A DNA stretch of 64,000 bases, taken from contig OZ024760.1 in NCBI GenBank assembly GCA_964016885.1, positions 31,992,001 to 32,056,000 of the forward strand, read 5' to 3'. Made by a program: the position numbers and the translations under genes. This document shows positions 53,780 through 64,000 of this stretch, piece after piece. Below the pieces are notes generated by a model. It was given only the letters and a program-made list of their open reading frames with translations, was not told the origin of the DNA and did no database searches. The number at the start of each line of letters is the position of its first letter. Positions within the stretch are counted from its first letter, which is position 1. The stretch comes from Eledone cirrhosa (lineage: Eukaryota).

Positions 53780-55699
53780 GTCTATAGTCTTTCTCTCCCT
53801 TACTTCTCAAAACCGCATCAAGTCAGTCTATAGTCTTTCTCTGCCTTATTTCTCAAAACCTTGGATCAACTCCGTCTATAGCCTTTCTCTCCCTTACTTG
53901 TCAAAACCATGGATAAGTTCAGACTATAGTTTTTCTCAACCTTACTTCTCAAAACCTTGGATCAGCTCAGACTATAGCCTTTCTCTCCCTTAATTCTCAA
54001 AACCTTGGATCAACTAAAACTAGAGCCTTTCTCTGTCTTACTTCTCAAGACCTTGGATCAGCTCAGACTATAGTCCTTTTCACCCTTACTTCTCAAAACC
54101 TTGGATCAACTCAGACTATAGTCTTTCTCTCCCTTACTTCTCAAAATCTTGGATCAACTCAGACTATAGACTTTCTCACCTTTACTTCTCAAAAACCTGG
54201 ATCAACTCAGTCTATAGTCTTTCTCTGCCTCGCTTCTCAAAACCTTGGATCAGCTCAGACTATAGTCTTTATCTCCCTTACGTCTCAAAACCTTTGATCA
54301 ACTCAGACTATAGACTTTCTCTCCTTTACTTCTCAAAACCTTGGATCAACTCAGACTATAGACTTTCTCTCACTTACTTCTCAAATCATTGGATCAACAC
54401 AGTCTATAGTCTTTCTCACCCTTACTTCTCAAAACCTTGGATCAACTCAGTCTATAGCCTTTCTCTCCCTTACTTCTCAAAACCATGGATAAATTCAGAC
54501 TATAGTTTTTCTCACCCTTACTTCTCAAAACCTTGGATCACCTCAGACTATAGCCTTTCTCTTCCTTAATTCTCAAAACCTTGGATCAATTAAAACTAGA
54601 GCCTTTCTCTGTCTTACTTCTCAAGACCTTGGATCAGCTCAGTCTATAGTCCTTCTCAACCTTACTTCTCAAAACCTTGGATCAACTTAGACTATAGTGT
54701 TTCTCTCCCTTACTTCACAAAATCTTGGATCAACTCAGACTATAGACTTTCTCACCTTTACTTCTCAAAACCATAGATCAACTCAGTCTATAGTCTTTCT
54801 CTGCCTTGCTTCTCAAAACCTGGGATCAACTCAGACTATAGTCTTTATCTCCCTTACGTCTCAAAACCTTTGATCAACTCAGACTATTGTCTTTCTCTCC
54901 CTTACTTCTCAAAATCTTGGATCAACTCAGACTATAGTCTTTCTCTCCTTTACTTCTCAAAACCATGGATCAACTCATTCTATAGTCTTTCTCACCCTTA
55001 CTTCTCAAAACTTTGGATCAAATCAGACTATAGTCTTTCTCTCCCTTACTTCTCAAAATCTTGGATCAACTCACACTATACTCATTCTCTCCCTTACTTC
55101 TCAAAACCTTGGATCAACTCAGACTATAGTCTTTCTCTCCCTTACTTCTCAAAACCTTGGATCAACACAGACTATAGTCTTTTTCTCTACTTTTTCCTCA
55201 AAACCTTGGATCAGCACAGACTATAGCCTTTCTCTCCCTTACTTCTCAAAACCATGGATAAATTCAGACTATAGTTTTTCTCACCCTTACTTCTCAAAAC
55301 CTTGGATCAGCTCAGACTATAGCCTTTCTCTTCCTTAATTCTCAAAACCTTGGATCAACTAAAACTAGAGCCTTTCTCTGTCTTACTTCTCAAGACCTTG
55401 GATCAGCTCAGACTAAAGTCCTTCTCACCCTTACTTCTCAAAACCTTGGATCAACTCAGACTATAGTCTTTCTCTCCCATACTTCTCAAAACCTTGGATC
55501 AACTGAGACTATAGACTTTCTCTTCTTTACTTCTTAAAACCTTGGATCAACTCAGAATATAGTCTTTCTCACCCTTAGTTCTCAAAACCTTGGAACAACT
55601 CAAACTAGAGCCTTTCTCTGCCTTACTTCTCAAAACCATGGCTCAACTCAAACTATAGTCTTTCTCTCATTTACTCCTCAAAACCTTGGATCAACTCAG
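53780..55699 (-). repeat. Inverted block of about 40 satellite monomers
   Basis: Sequence switches to GTCTATAGTCTTTCTCTCCCTTACTTCTCAAAA at ~53780 and back at ...GGATCAACTCAG/GGAGAGAATG at ~55699. The only + strand ORFs in the track (54294, 54870) lie here and match minus-strand ORFs at 46604 and 45899/50167/52661. Confidence 0.98.
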
Positions 55700-56349
55700 G
55701 GAGAGAATGGGTATAGTGTGAGTTGATCCAAGATTTTGAGAAGCAAGGCAGAGAAAGACTATAGTCTGAGTTGATCCAAAGTTTTGAGAAGTAAGGTTGA
55801 GAAAGACTATAGAATGAGTTGATCCATGGTTTTGAGAAGTAATGGAGAGAAAGTCTATAGTCTGAGATGATCCAAGATTTTGAGAAGTAAGGGAGAGAAG
55901 GACTATAGTCTGAGTTCATCCAAGGTTTTGAGAAGTAAGGGTGAGAAGGACTATAGTCTGAGCTGATCCAAGGTTTTGAGAAGTTAGGGTGAGAAAAACT
56001 ATAGTCTGAATTTATCCATGGTTTTGAGAAGTAAGGGAGAGAAAGGCTATAGACTGAGTTGATCCAAGGTTTTGAGAAGTAAGGGTGAGAAAGACTATAG
56101 GCTGAGTTGATCCAATGATTTGAGAAGTAAGGGAGAGAAAGTCTATAGTCTGAGTTGATCCATGGTTTTGAGAAGTAAGGGATAAAAAGACTATAGTCTG
56201 AGTTGATCCAAGGTTTTGAGAAGTAAGGGAGAGAAAAACTATAGACTGAGTTCATCCATGGTTTTGAGAAGTAAGGGAGAAAAAGTCTATAGTCTGTGTT
56301 GATCCAAGGTTTTGAGAAGCAAGGCAGAGAAAGACTATAGTCTGAATTG

Positions 56350-58437
56350 ATCCATGGTTTTGAGAAGTAAGGGAGAGAAAAACTATAGTCTGAATTGATC
56401 CAAGATTTTGAGAAGTAACGGAGAGAAAGACTATAGTCTGTGTTGATCCACGGTTTTGAGAAGCAAAAAAGAGAAAGGCTGTAGACGGAGTTGATCCAAG
56501 GTTTTGAGAAGTTAGGGTGAGAAAGATTATAGACTGAGTTGATCCATGGTTTTGAGAAGTAAGTGAAAAAACGACTATTGTCTATATTGATCCAAGGTTT
56601 TGAGGAGCAAAGAAGAGAAAGGCTATGCACTGAGTTGATCCAAGATTTTGAGAAGTAAGGGAGAGAAAGACTAAAGTCTGAATTGATCCAAGCTTTTGAG
56701 AAGTAAGAGATAGAAACACTATAGTCTGAGTTGATCCAAGGTTTTGAGAAGTAAAGGAGAGAAAGTCTATAGTCTGAGTTGATCCAAGATTTTGAGAAGT
56801 AAGGGAGAGAAAGACTATAGTCTGAATTGAGCCAAGGTTTTGAGAAGTAAGGCAGAGAAAGGCTCTAGTTTGAGTTAATCCAAGATTTCGAGAAGTAAGT
56901 GAGAGAAAGGCTATAGTCTGTGCTGGTCCAAGGTTTTGAGAAATAAGGGAGAGAAAGACTATAGTCTCAGTTGATCCAAGATTTTGAGAAGTAAGGGAGA
57001 GAAAGACTATAATTTGAATTGAACCAAGGTTTTGAGAAGTAAGGGAGAGACAGACTATAGACTGAGGTGATCCAAGTTTTTGAGAAGTAAGGGAGAGAAA
57101 GACCATAGACTGAGTTGATCCATGGTTTTGAGAAGTAAGGGAGAGAAAGTCTATAGTCTGAGTTGATCCAAGGTTTTGACAAGTAAGGCAGAGAGAGGCT
57201 CTAGTTTGAGTTGATCCAAGGTTTTGAGAATTAAGGGAGAGAAAGGCTATAGTCTGAGCTGATCCAAGATTTTGAGAAATAAGGGAGAGAAAGACTATAG
57301 TCTGAGTTGATCCAATGTTTTGAGAAGGAAGGGAGAGAAAGGAGATAGTCTGAGCTGATCCAAGATTTTGAGAAGTAAGGGTGAGAAAAACTATAGTCTG
57401 AATAGATCCATGGTTTTGAGAAGTAAGGGAGAGAAAAACTATAGTCTGAATTGATCCAAGATTTTGAGAAGTAATGGAGAGAAAGACTATAGTCTGTGTT
57501 GATCCACGGTTTTGAGAAGCAAAAAAGAGAAAGGCTGTAGACGGAGTTGATCCAAGGTTTTGAGAAGTTAGGGTGAGAAAGATTATAGACTGAGTTGATC
57601 CATGGTTTTGAGAAGTAAGTGAAAAAACGACTATTGTCTATATTGATCCAAGGTTTTGAGGAGCAAAGAAGAGAAAGGCTATGCACTGAGTTGATCCAAG
57701 ATTTTGAGAAGTAAGAGATAGAAACACTATAGTCTGAGTTGATCCAAGGTTTTGAGAAGTAAAGGAGAGAAAGTCTATAGTCTGAGTTGATCCAAGGTTT
57801 TGAGAAGTAAGGGAGAGAAAGACTATAGTCTGAATTGAACCAAGGTTTTGAGAAGTAAGGCAGAGAAAGTCTCTAGTTTGAGTTGATCCAAGATTTCGAG
57901 AAGTAAGTGAGAGAAAGGCTATAGTCTGTGCTGGTCCAAGGTTTTGAGAAATAAGGGAGAGAAAGACTATAGTCTCAGTTGATCCAAGATTTTGAGAAGT
58001 AAGGGAGAGAAAGACTATAATTTGAATTGAACCAAGGTTTTGAGAAGTAAGGGAGAGACAGACTATAGACTGAGTTGATCCAAGTTTTTGAGAAGTAAGG
58101 GAGAGAAAGACCATAGACTGAGTTGATCCATGGTTTTGAGAAGTAGGGAGAGAAAGTCTATAGTCTGAGTTGATCCAAGGTTTTGACAAGTAAGGCAGAG
58201 AGAGGCTCTAGTTTGAGTTGATCCAAGGTTTTGAGAATTAAGGGAGAGAAAGGCTATAGTCTGAGCTGATCCAAGATTTTGAGAAATAAGGGAGAGAAAG
58301 ACTATAGTCTGAGTTGATCCAATGTTTTGAGAAGGAAGGGAGAGAAAGGCTATAGTCTGAGCTGATCCAAGATTTTGAGAAGTAAGGGTGAGAAAAACTA
58401 TAGTCTGAATAGATCCATGGTTTTGAGAAGTAAGGTT
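56350..58437 (+). repeat. Tandem duplication of about 22 monomers (offset 1056, then 1008/1007)
   Basis: Rare motif GAAGCAAAAAAGAG at ~56460 and ~57516; CAAGATTTCGAG at 56881 and 57889; ORF ends at 57231 and 58238. Confidence 0.88.
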
Positions 58438-61400
58438 GAGAAAGGCTATGGACTGAGTTGATCCAAGGTTTTGAGAAATAAGGCAGAGAAAGACTATTGG
58501 CTGACTTGATGCCAGGTTTTGAGAAGTAGGGGGATAAGACTATAGTCTGTGTTGATCCAAGATATTGAGAAGTAAGGGAGTGAAAGGCTGTAGCTGAGTT
58601 CATAAAAGGTTTTGAGAAGTAAAGTAGAGAAAGACTAGAGTCTGAGTTGATCCAAGATTTTGAGAAGTAAGGGTGAGAAAGACTAATGTCTGAATTGATC
58701 CATGGTTTTGAGAAGTAAGGGAGAGAAAGACTATAGTCTGACTTGATCCAAGACTTTGAGAAGTAAGGGTGAGAAAGTCGATAGACTGAGTTGATCCATG
58801 GTTTTGCGAAGTAAGGGAGAAAAAGACTATAATCTGTGTTGATCCACGGTTTTGAGAATCAAAGGAGAGAAAGGCTATAGACTGAATTGATCCAAGATTT
58901 TGAGAAGTAAGAGATAGAAACACTATAGACTGAGTTGATCCAAGGTTTTGCGAAGTAAGGGATAGAAGACAATAGTCTGAGTTGAGCCAAGGTTTTGAGA
59001 AGTAAGGGAGAGAAAGACTATAGTGTGAGTTGAGCCAAGGTTTTGAGATGTAAGGCAGAGAAAGACTCTAGTTTGAGTTGATCCATGGTTTTGAGAAGTA
59101 AGGGAGAGACATACTATAGACTGAGTTGAGCCAAATTTTGAGAAGTAAGGGAGACAAAGACTATAGACTGAGTTTATCCATGGTTTTGAGAATTAAGGGA
59201 GAGAAAGACTATAGTGTGGGTTGATGCCAGATTTTGAGAAGTAAGGGAGAGAAAGTCTATAGTCTGATTTGATCCAAGATTTTGAGAAGTAAGGGAGAGA
59301 AAGACTATAGTCTGACATGATCCAAGGTTTTGAGAAGTAAGGGAGATAAAGACTATAGTTTCAGTTGATCCAAGTTTTGAGAAGTAAGGGAGGAAAGACT
59401 ATAGTCTTGAGTTGATCCAAGGTTTTGAGAAGTAAGGCAGCGAAAGGCTCTAGTTTGAGTTGATCCAAGGTTTTGAGAAGTAAGGGAGAGCAAGGCTATA
59501 GTCTGAGCTGATCCAAGGTTTTGAGGAATAAGGGAAAGAAAGACTATAGACTGACTTGATGCCAGGTTTTGAGAAGTAAGGGGGATGAGACTATAGTCTG
59601 TGTTGATCCAAGTAAGGGAGAGAAAGGCTGTAGCTGAGTTCATCACAGGTTTTGAGAAGTAAAGTAGAGAAAGACTATTGTCTGAGTTAATCCAAGATTT
59701 TGAGAACTAAGGGAGAGAAAGACTATAGTCTGAATTGATCCATGGTTTTGAGAAGTAAGGGAGAGAAAGACTATAGTCTGAGTTGATCCAAGATTTTGAG
59801 AAGTAAGGGAGAGAAAGAGTATAGTCTGAGTTGATCCAAGACTTTGAGAAGTAAGGGTGAGAAAGACTAAAGTCTGAATTGATCCATGGTTTTGAGAAGT
59901 AAGGGAGAGAAAGACTATAGTCTGAGTTGATCCAAGGTTTTGAGAAGTAAGGGAGAGAAAGTATATAGTCTCTGTTGATCCAAGGTTTTGAGAAGTAAGG
60001 GTGAGAAAGACTATAGTCTCAGTTGATCCAATGTTTTGAGAAGTAAGGGAGAAAAAGACTATAGTCTGTGTTGATCCAAGATTTTGAGAAGCAAAGGAGA
60101 GAAAGGCTATCTTCTGAGTAGAATCAAGATTTTGAGAAGTTTGAGATAGAAAGACTATAGACCGTATAGATCCAAGGTTTAGCGAAGTAAGGGAGAGAAG
60201 ACTATACTCTGAGTTGATCCAAGGTTTTGGGGAGGAAGGGTGAGAAAGACTATAGTCTGAATTAGTCCAAGGTTTTGAGAAGAAAGGGAGAGAAAGACTA
60301 TAGTCTGAGTTGATGCCAGGTTTTGAGAAGTAAGGGGGATGAGACTATAGTCTGTGTTGATCGAAGATATTGAGAAGTAAGGGAGAGAAAGGCTGTAGCT
60401 GAGTTCATCAAAGGTTTTGAGAAGTAAAGTAGAGAAAGACTATAGTCTAAGTTGATCCAAGGTTTTGAGAAGTAAGGGTCAGAAAGACTAATGTCTGAAT
60501 TGATCCATGGTTTTGAGAAGTAAGGGAGAGAAAGACTATAGTCTGAGTTGATCCAAAATTTTGAGAAGTAAGGCAGAGAAAGTCTCTAGTTTGAGTTGAT
60601 CCAAGGTTTTCAGAAGTAAGGGAGAGAAAGGCTATAGTCTGGGCTGATCCAAGGTTTTGAGAAGTAAGGGTGAGAAAGACTATAGTCTGAGTTGATCCAA
60701 GGATTTGAGAGTAAAGGAGAGAAAGTCTATAGTCTGAGTTGATCCAAGGTTTTGAGGAGTAAATGAGAGAAAGACTATAGTTTGAGTTGAGCCATGGTTT
60801 TGAGAAGTAAGGCAGAGAAAGGCTCTAGTTTGAGTTGTTCCAAGGTTTTGAGAACTAAGGGTGAGAAAGACTATATTATGAGTTGATCAAAGGTTTTAAG
60901 AAGTAAAGGAGAGAAAGTCTATAGTCTCAGTCGATCCAAGGTTTTGAGAAGTATGGGAGAGAAACACTATAGTCTGAGTTGATCCAAAGTTTTGAGAAGT
61001 TAGACAGAGAAAGGCTCTAGTTTGAGGTGATCCAAGGTTTTGAGAAATAAGGTTGAGAAAGACTATAGTCTGAGTTGATCCAAAGTTTTGAGAAGGAAGG
61101 GAGAGAAAGGCTATAGTCTTCAGCTGATCCAAGGTTTTGAGAAGTAAGGGTGAGAAAGACTATAGTCTGAGTTCATCCAAGGTTTTGAGAAGAAAGGGTG
61201 AGAAAGGCTATAGTCTGAGCTGATCCAAGATTTTGAGAAGTAAGGGAGAGAAAGACTATAGTCTGAATTGAGCCAAGGTTTTGAGAAGTAAGGCAGAGAA
61301 AGGCTCTAGTTTGAGTTAATCCAAGATTTCGAGAAGTAAGTGAGAGAAAGGCTATAGTCTGTGCTGGTCCAAGGTTTTGAGAAATAAGGGAGAGAAAGAC

Positions 61401-64000
61401 TATAGTCTCAGTTGATCCAAGATTTTGAGAAGTAAGGGAGAGAAAGACTATAATTTGAATTGAACCAAGGTTTTGAGAAGTAAGGGAGAGACAGACTATA
61501 GACTGAGGTGATCCAAGTTTTTGAGAAGTAAGGGAGAGAAAGACCATAGACTGAGTTGATCCATGGTTTTGAGAAGTAAGGGAGAGAAAGTCTATAGTCT
61601 GAGTTGATCCAAGGTTTTGACAAGTAAGGCAGAGAGAGGCTCTAGTTTGAGTTGATCCAAGGTTTTGAGAATTAAGGGAGAGAAAGGCTATAGTCTGAGC
61701 TGATCCAAGATTTTGAGAAATAAGGGAGAGAAAGACTATAGTCTGAGTTGATCCAATGTTTTGAGAAGGAAGGGAGAGAAAGGAGATAGTCTGAGCTGAT
61801 CCAAGATTTTGAGAAGTAAGGGTGAGAAAAACTATAGTCTGAATAGATCCATGGTTTTGAGAAGTAAGGGAGAGAAAAACTATAGTCTGAATTGATCCAA
61901 GATTTTGAGAAGTAATGGAGAGAAAGACTATAGTCTGTGTTGATCCACGGTTTTGAGAAGCAAAAAAGAGAAAGGCTGTAGACGGAGTTGATCCAAGGTT
62001 TTGAGAAGTTAGGGTGAGAAAGATTATAGACTGAGTTGATCCATGGTTTTGAGAAGTAAGTGAAAAAACGACTATTGTCTATATTGATCCAAGGTTTTGA
62101 GGAGCAAAGAAGAGAAAGGCTATGCACTGAGTTGATCCAAGATTTTGAGAAGTAAGAGATAGAAACACTATAGTCTGAGTTGATCCAAGGTTTTGAGAAG
62201 TAAAGGAGAGAAAGTCTATAGTCTGAGTTGATCCAAGGTTTTGAGAAGTAAGGGAGAGAAAGACTATAGTCTGAATTGAACCAAGGTTTTGAGAAGTAAG
62301 GCAGAGAAAGTCTCTAGTTTGAGTTGATCCAAGATTTCGAGAAGTAAGTGAGAGAAAGGCTATAGTCTGTGCTGGTCCAAGGTTTTGAGAAATAAGGGAG
62401 AGAAAGACTATAGTCTCAGTTGATCCAAGATTTTGAGAAGTAAGGGAGAGAAAGACTATAATTTGAATTGAACCAAGGTTTTGAGAAGTAAGGGAGAGAC
62501 AGACTATAGACTGAGTTGATCCAAGTTTTTGAGAAGTAAGGGAGAGAAAGACCATAGACTGAGTTGATCCATGGTTTTGAGAAGTAGGGAGAGAAAGTCT
62601 ATAGTCTGAGTTGATCCAAGGTTTTGACAAGTAAGGCAGAGAGAGGCTCTAGTTTGAGTTGATCCAAGGTTTTGAGAATTAAGGGAGAGAAAGGCTATAG
62701 TCTGAGCTGATCCAAGATTTTGAGAAATAAGGGAGAGAAAGACTATAGTCTGAGTTGATCCAATGTTTTGAGAAGGAAGGGAGAGAAAGGCTATAGTCTG
62801 AGCTGATCCAAGATTTTGAGAAGTAAGGGTGAGAAAAACTATAGTCTGAATAGATCCATGGTTTTGAGAAGTAAGGTTGAGAAAGGCTATGGACTGAGTT
62901 GATCCAAGGTTTTGAGAAATAAGGCAGAGAAAGACTATTGGCTGACTTGATGCCAGGTTTTGAGAAGTAGGGGGATAAGACTATAGTCTGTGTTGATCCA
63001 AGATATTGAGAAGTAAGGGAGTGAAAGGCTGTAGCTGAGTTCATAAAAGGTTTTGAGAAGTAAAGTAGAGAAAGACTAGAGTCTGAGTTGATCCAAGATT
63101 TTGAGAAGTAAGGGTGAGAAAGACTAATGTCTGAATTGATCCATGGTTTTGAGAAGTAAGGGAGAGAAAGACTATAGTCTGACTTGATCCAAGACTTTGA
63201 GAAGTAAGGGTGAGAAAGTCGATAGACTGAGTTGATCCATGGTTTTGCGAAGTAAGGGAGAAAAAGACTATAATCTGTGTTGATCCACGGTTTTGAGAAT
63301 CAAAGGAGAGAAAGGCTATAGACTGAATTGATCCAAGATTTTGAGAAGTAAGAGATAGAAACACTATAGACTGAGTTGATCCAAGGTTTTGCGAAGTAAG
63401 GGATAGAAGACAATAGTCTGAGTTGAGCCAAGGTTTTGAGAAGTAAGGGAGAGAAAGACTATAGTGTGAGTTGAGCCAAGGTTTTGAGATGTAAGGCAGA
63501 GAAAGACTCTAGTTTGAGTTGATCCATGGTTTTGAGAAGTAAGGGAGAGACATACTATAGACTGAGTTGAGCCAAATTTTGAGAAGTAAGGGAGACAAAG
63601 ACTATAGACTGAGTTTATCCATGGTTTTGAGAATTAAGGGAGAGAAAGACTATAGTGTGGGTTGATGCCAGATTTTGAGAAGTAAGGGAGAGAAAGTCTA
63701 TAGTCTGATTTGATCCAAGATTTTGAGAAGTAAGGGAGAGAAAGACTATAGTCTGACATGATCCAAGGTTTTGAGAAGTAAGGGAGATAAAGACTATAGT
63801 TTCAGTTGATCCAAGTTTTGAGAAGTAAGGGAGGAAAGACTATAGTCTTGAGTTGATCCAAGGTTTTGAGAAGTAAGGCAGCGAAAGGCTCTAGTTTGAG
63901 TTGATCCAAGGTTTTGAGAAGTAAGGGAGAGCAAGGCTATAGTCTGAGCTGATCCAAGGTTTTGAGGAATAAGGGAAAGAAAGACTATAGACTGACTTGA
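56781..64000 (+). repeat. Tandem duplication, period 4441 bp; the second copy starts at ~61222 and is cut by the window end
   Basis: ORF pairs 56967/61408, 57231/61672, 57638/62079, 58238/62679 and 58600/63041 have identical translations at offset 4441. Confidence 0.93.

Larger units (their letters stand above)
1..64000. repeat. 48-bp tandem satellite array filling the window, consensus GAGAAGTAAGGGAGAGAAAGACTATAGTCTGAGTTGATCCAAGGTTTT
   Basis: TTTTGAGAAGTAAG, GACTATAG and GTTGATCC recur with a 48-bp period from the first base to the last. Most monomers carry a few substitutions. No unique sequence was seen, and the array runs off both window ends. Confidence 0.99.
43000..64000. repeat. Variant domain C: rich in CCATGG, GGGTGAGAAA, GGCTCTAGTTT and GAGCTGATCC; contains the inverted block
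   Basis: These variants recur on both sides of and inside the inverted block, while CCCAGG becomes rare. Confidence 0.75.
55698..64000 (+). repeat. Satellite monomers resuming forward orientation
   Basis: AGGGAGAGAATGGGTATAGTGTGAGTTGATCC at 55698, then head-to-tail monomers to the window end. Confidence 0.97.

Noticed and set aside
53780-55699. Transposable element or recombinase-controlled invertible switch
   Set aside because: The block is pure satellite with no terminal inverted repeats distinct from the monomer and no transposase or recombinase in the window. A possible 3-bp duplication alone is not enough.
55671-56630. 319-aa ORF with a distinct C-terminus (ELIQGFEE) as a chimeric gene
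   Set aside because: The tail is simply read-through across the right inversion junction into oppositely oriented satellite.
107-63364. About 80 ORFs of 61-319 aa as protein-coding genes
   Set aside because: All are translations of the 48-bp monomer. Two frames of the pyrimidine-rich strand lack stops in the consensus and all three frames of the other strand contain one. ORFs shift between frames at indels, many start at non-ATG codons, and they flip strand exactly at the inverted block.
1-64000. CRISPR array (palindrome-containing repeat with regular period)
   Set aside because: There are no unique spacers, every part of the period is repeated, and no cas genes or leader are present.
1-64000. 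Telomeric repeat or G-quadruplex array suggested by the G-rich strand and TAAGGG
   Set aside because: TAAGGG occurs once per 48 bp with only one GGG run per monomer, too sparse for telomere-type tandem repeats or canonical G4.
1-64000. Regulatory motifs (TATA-like CTATAG, heat-shock-like TTTGAGAA, GATC as Dam sites, iterons)
   Set aside because: These are short or imperfect matches repeated only because the monomer repeats, with no gene, origin or host context to support a function.

Overview
The whole 64 kb window is one uninterrupted tandem satellite array of a 48-bp monomer, about 1,330 copies by length. The + strand consensus is GAGAAGTAAGGGAGAGAAAGACTATAGTCTGAGTTGATCCAAGGTTTT (~40% GC; 15 G vs 4 C). 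I see no credible protein-coding gene, RNA gene, CRISPR array or transposon. The ORF track is explained by the monomer being 16 codons long with two stop-free frames on the pyrimidine-rich strand. The informative features are structural. (1) Three domains carry different diagnostic variants (~1-13.5 kb, ~13.5-42.9 kb, ~43-64 kb). (2) Duplications are nested from 144 bp up to ~16 kb (offsets 144, 336, 480, ~1050, 2494, 4116, 4220/4268, 4441, 8750, 16170/16218). (3) One ~1.92-kb, 40-monomer block is in inverted orientation (53780-55699); it is largely a reverse-complement copy of 45426-47231, both of its ends abut the monomer's 12-bp palindrome AGACTATAGTCT, and it may be flanked by an AGG duplication. 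(4) Several small deletions sit between microhomologies. One open frame reads as a 16-residue GSTQT..SLT repeat that superficially recalls ice-nucleation protein repeats; I report this as a low-confidence hypothesis. The array looks like eukaryotic heterochromatic or pericentromeric satellite, but host and function cannot be determined from the sequence. I found no demonstrable new gene system. All alignments were done by eye, so block boundaries are approximate.
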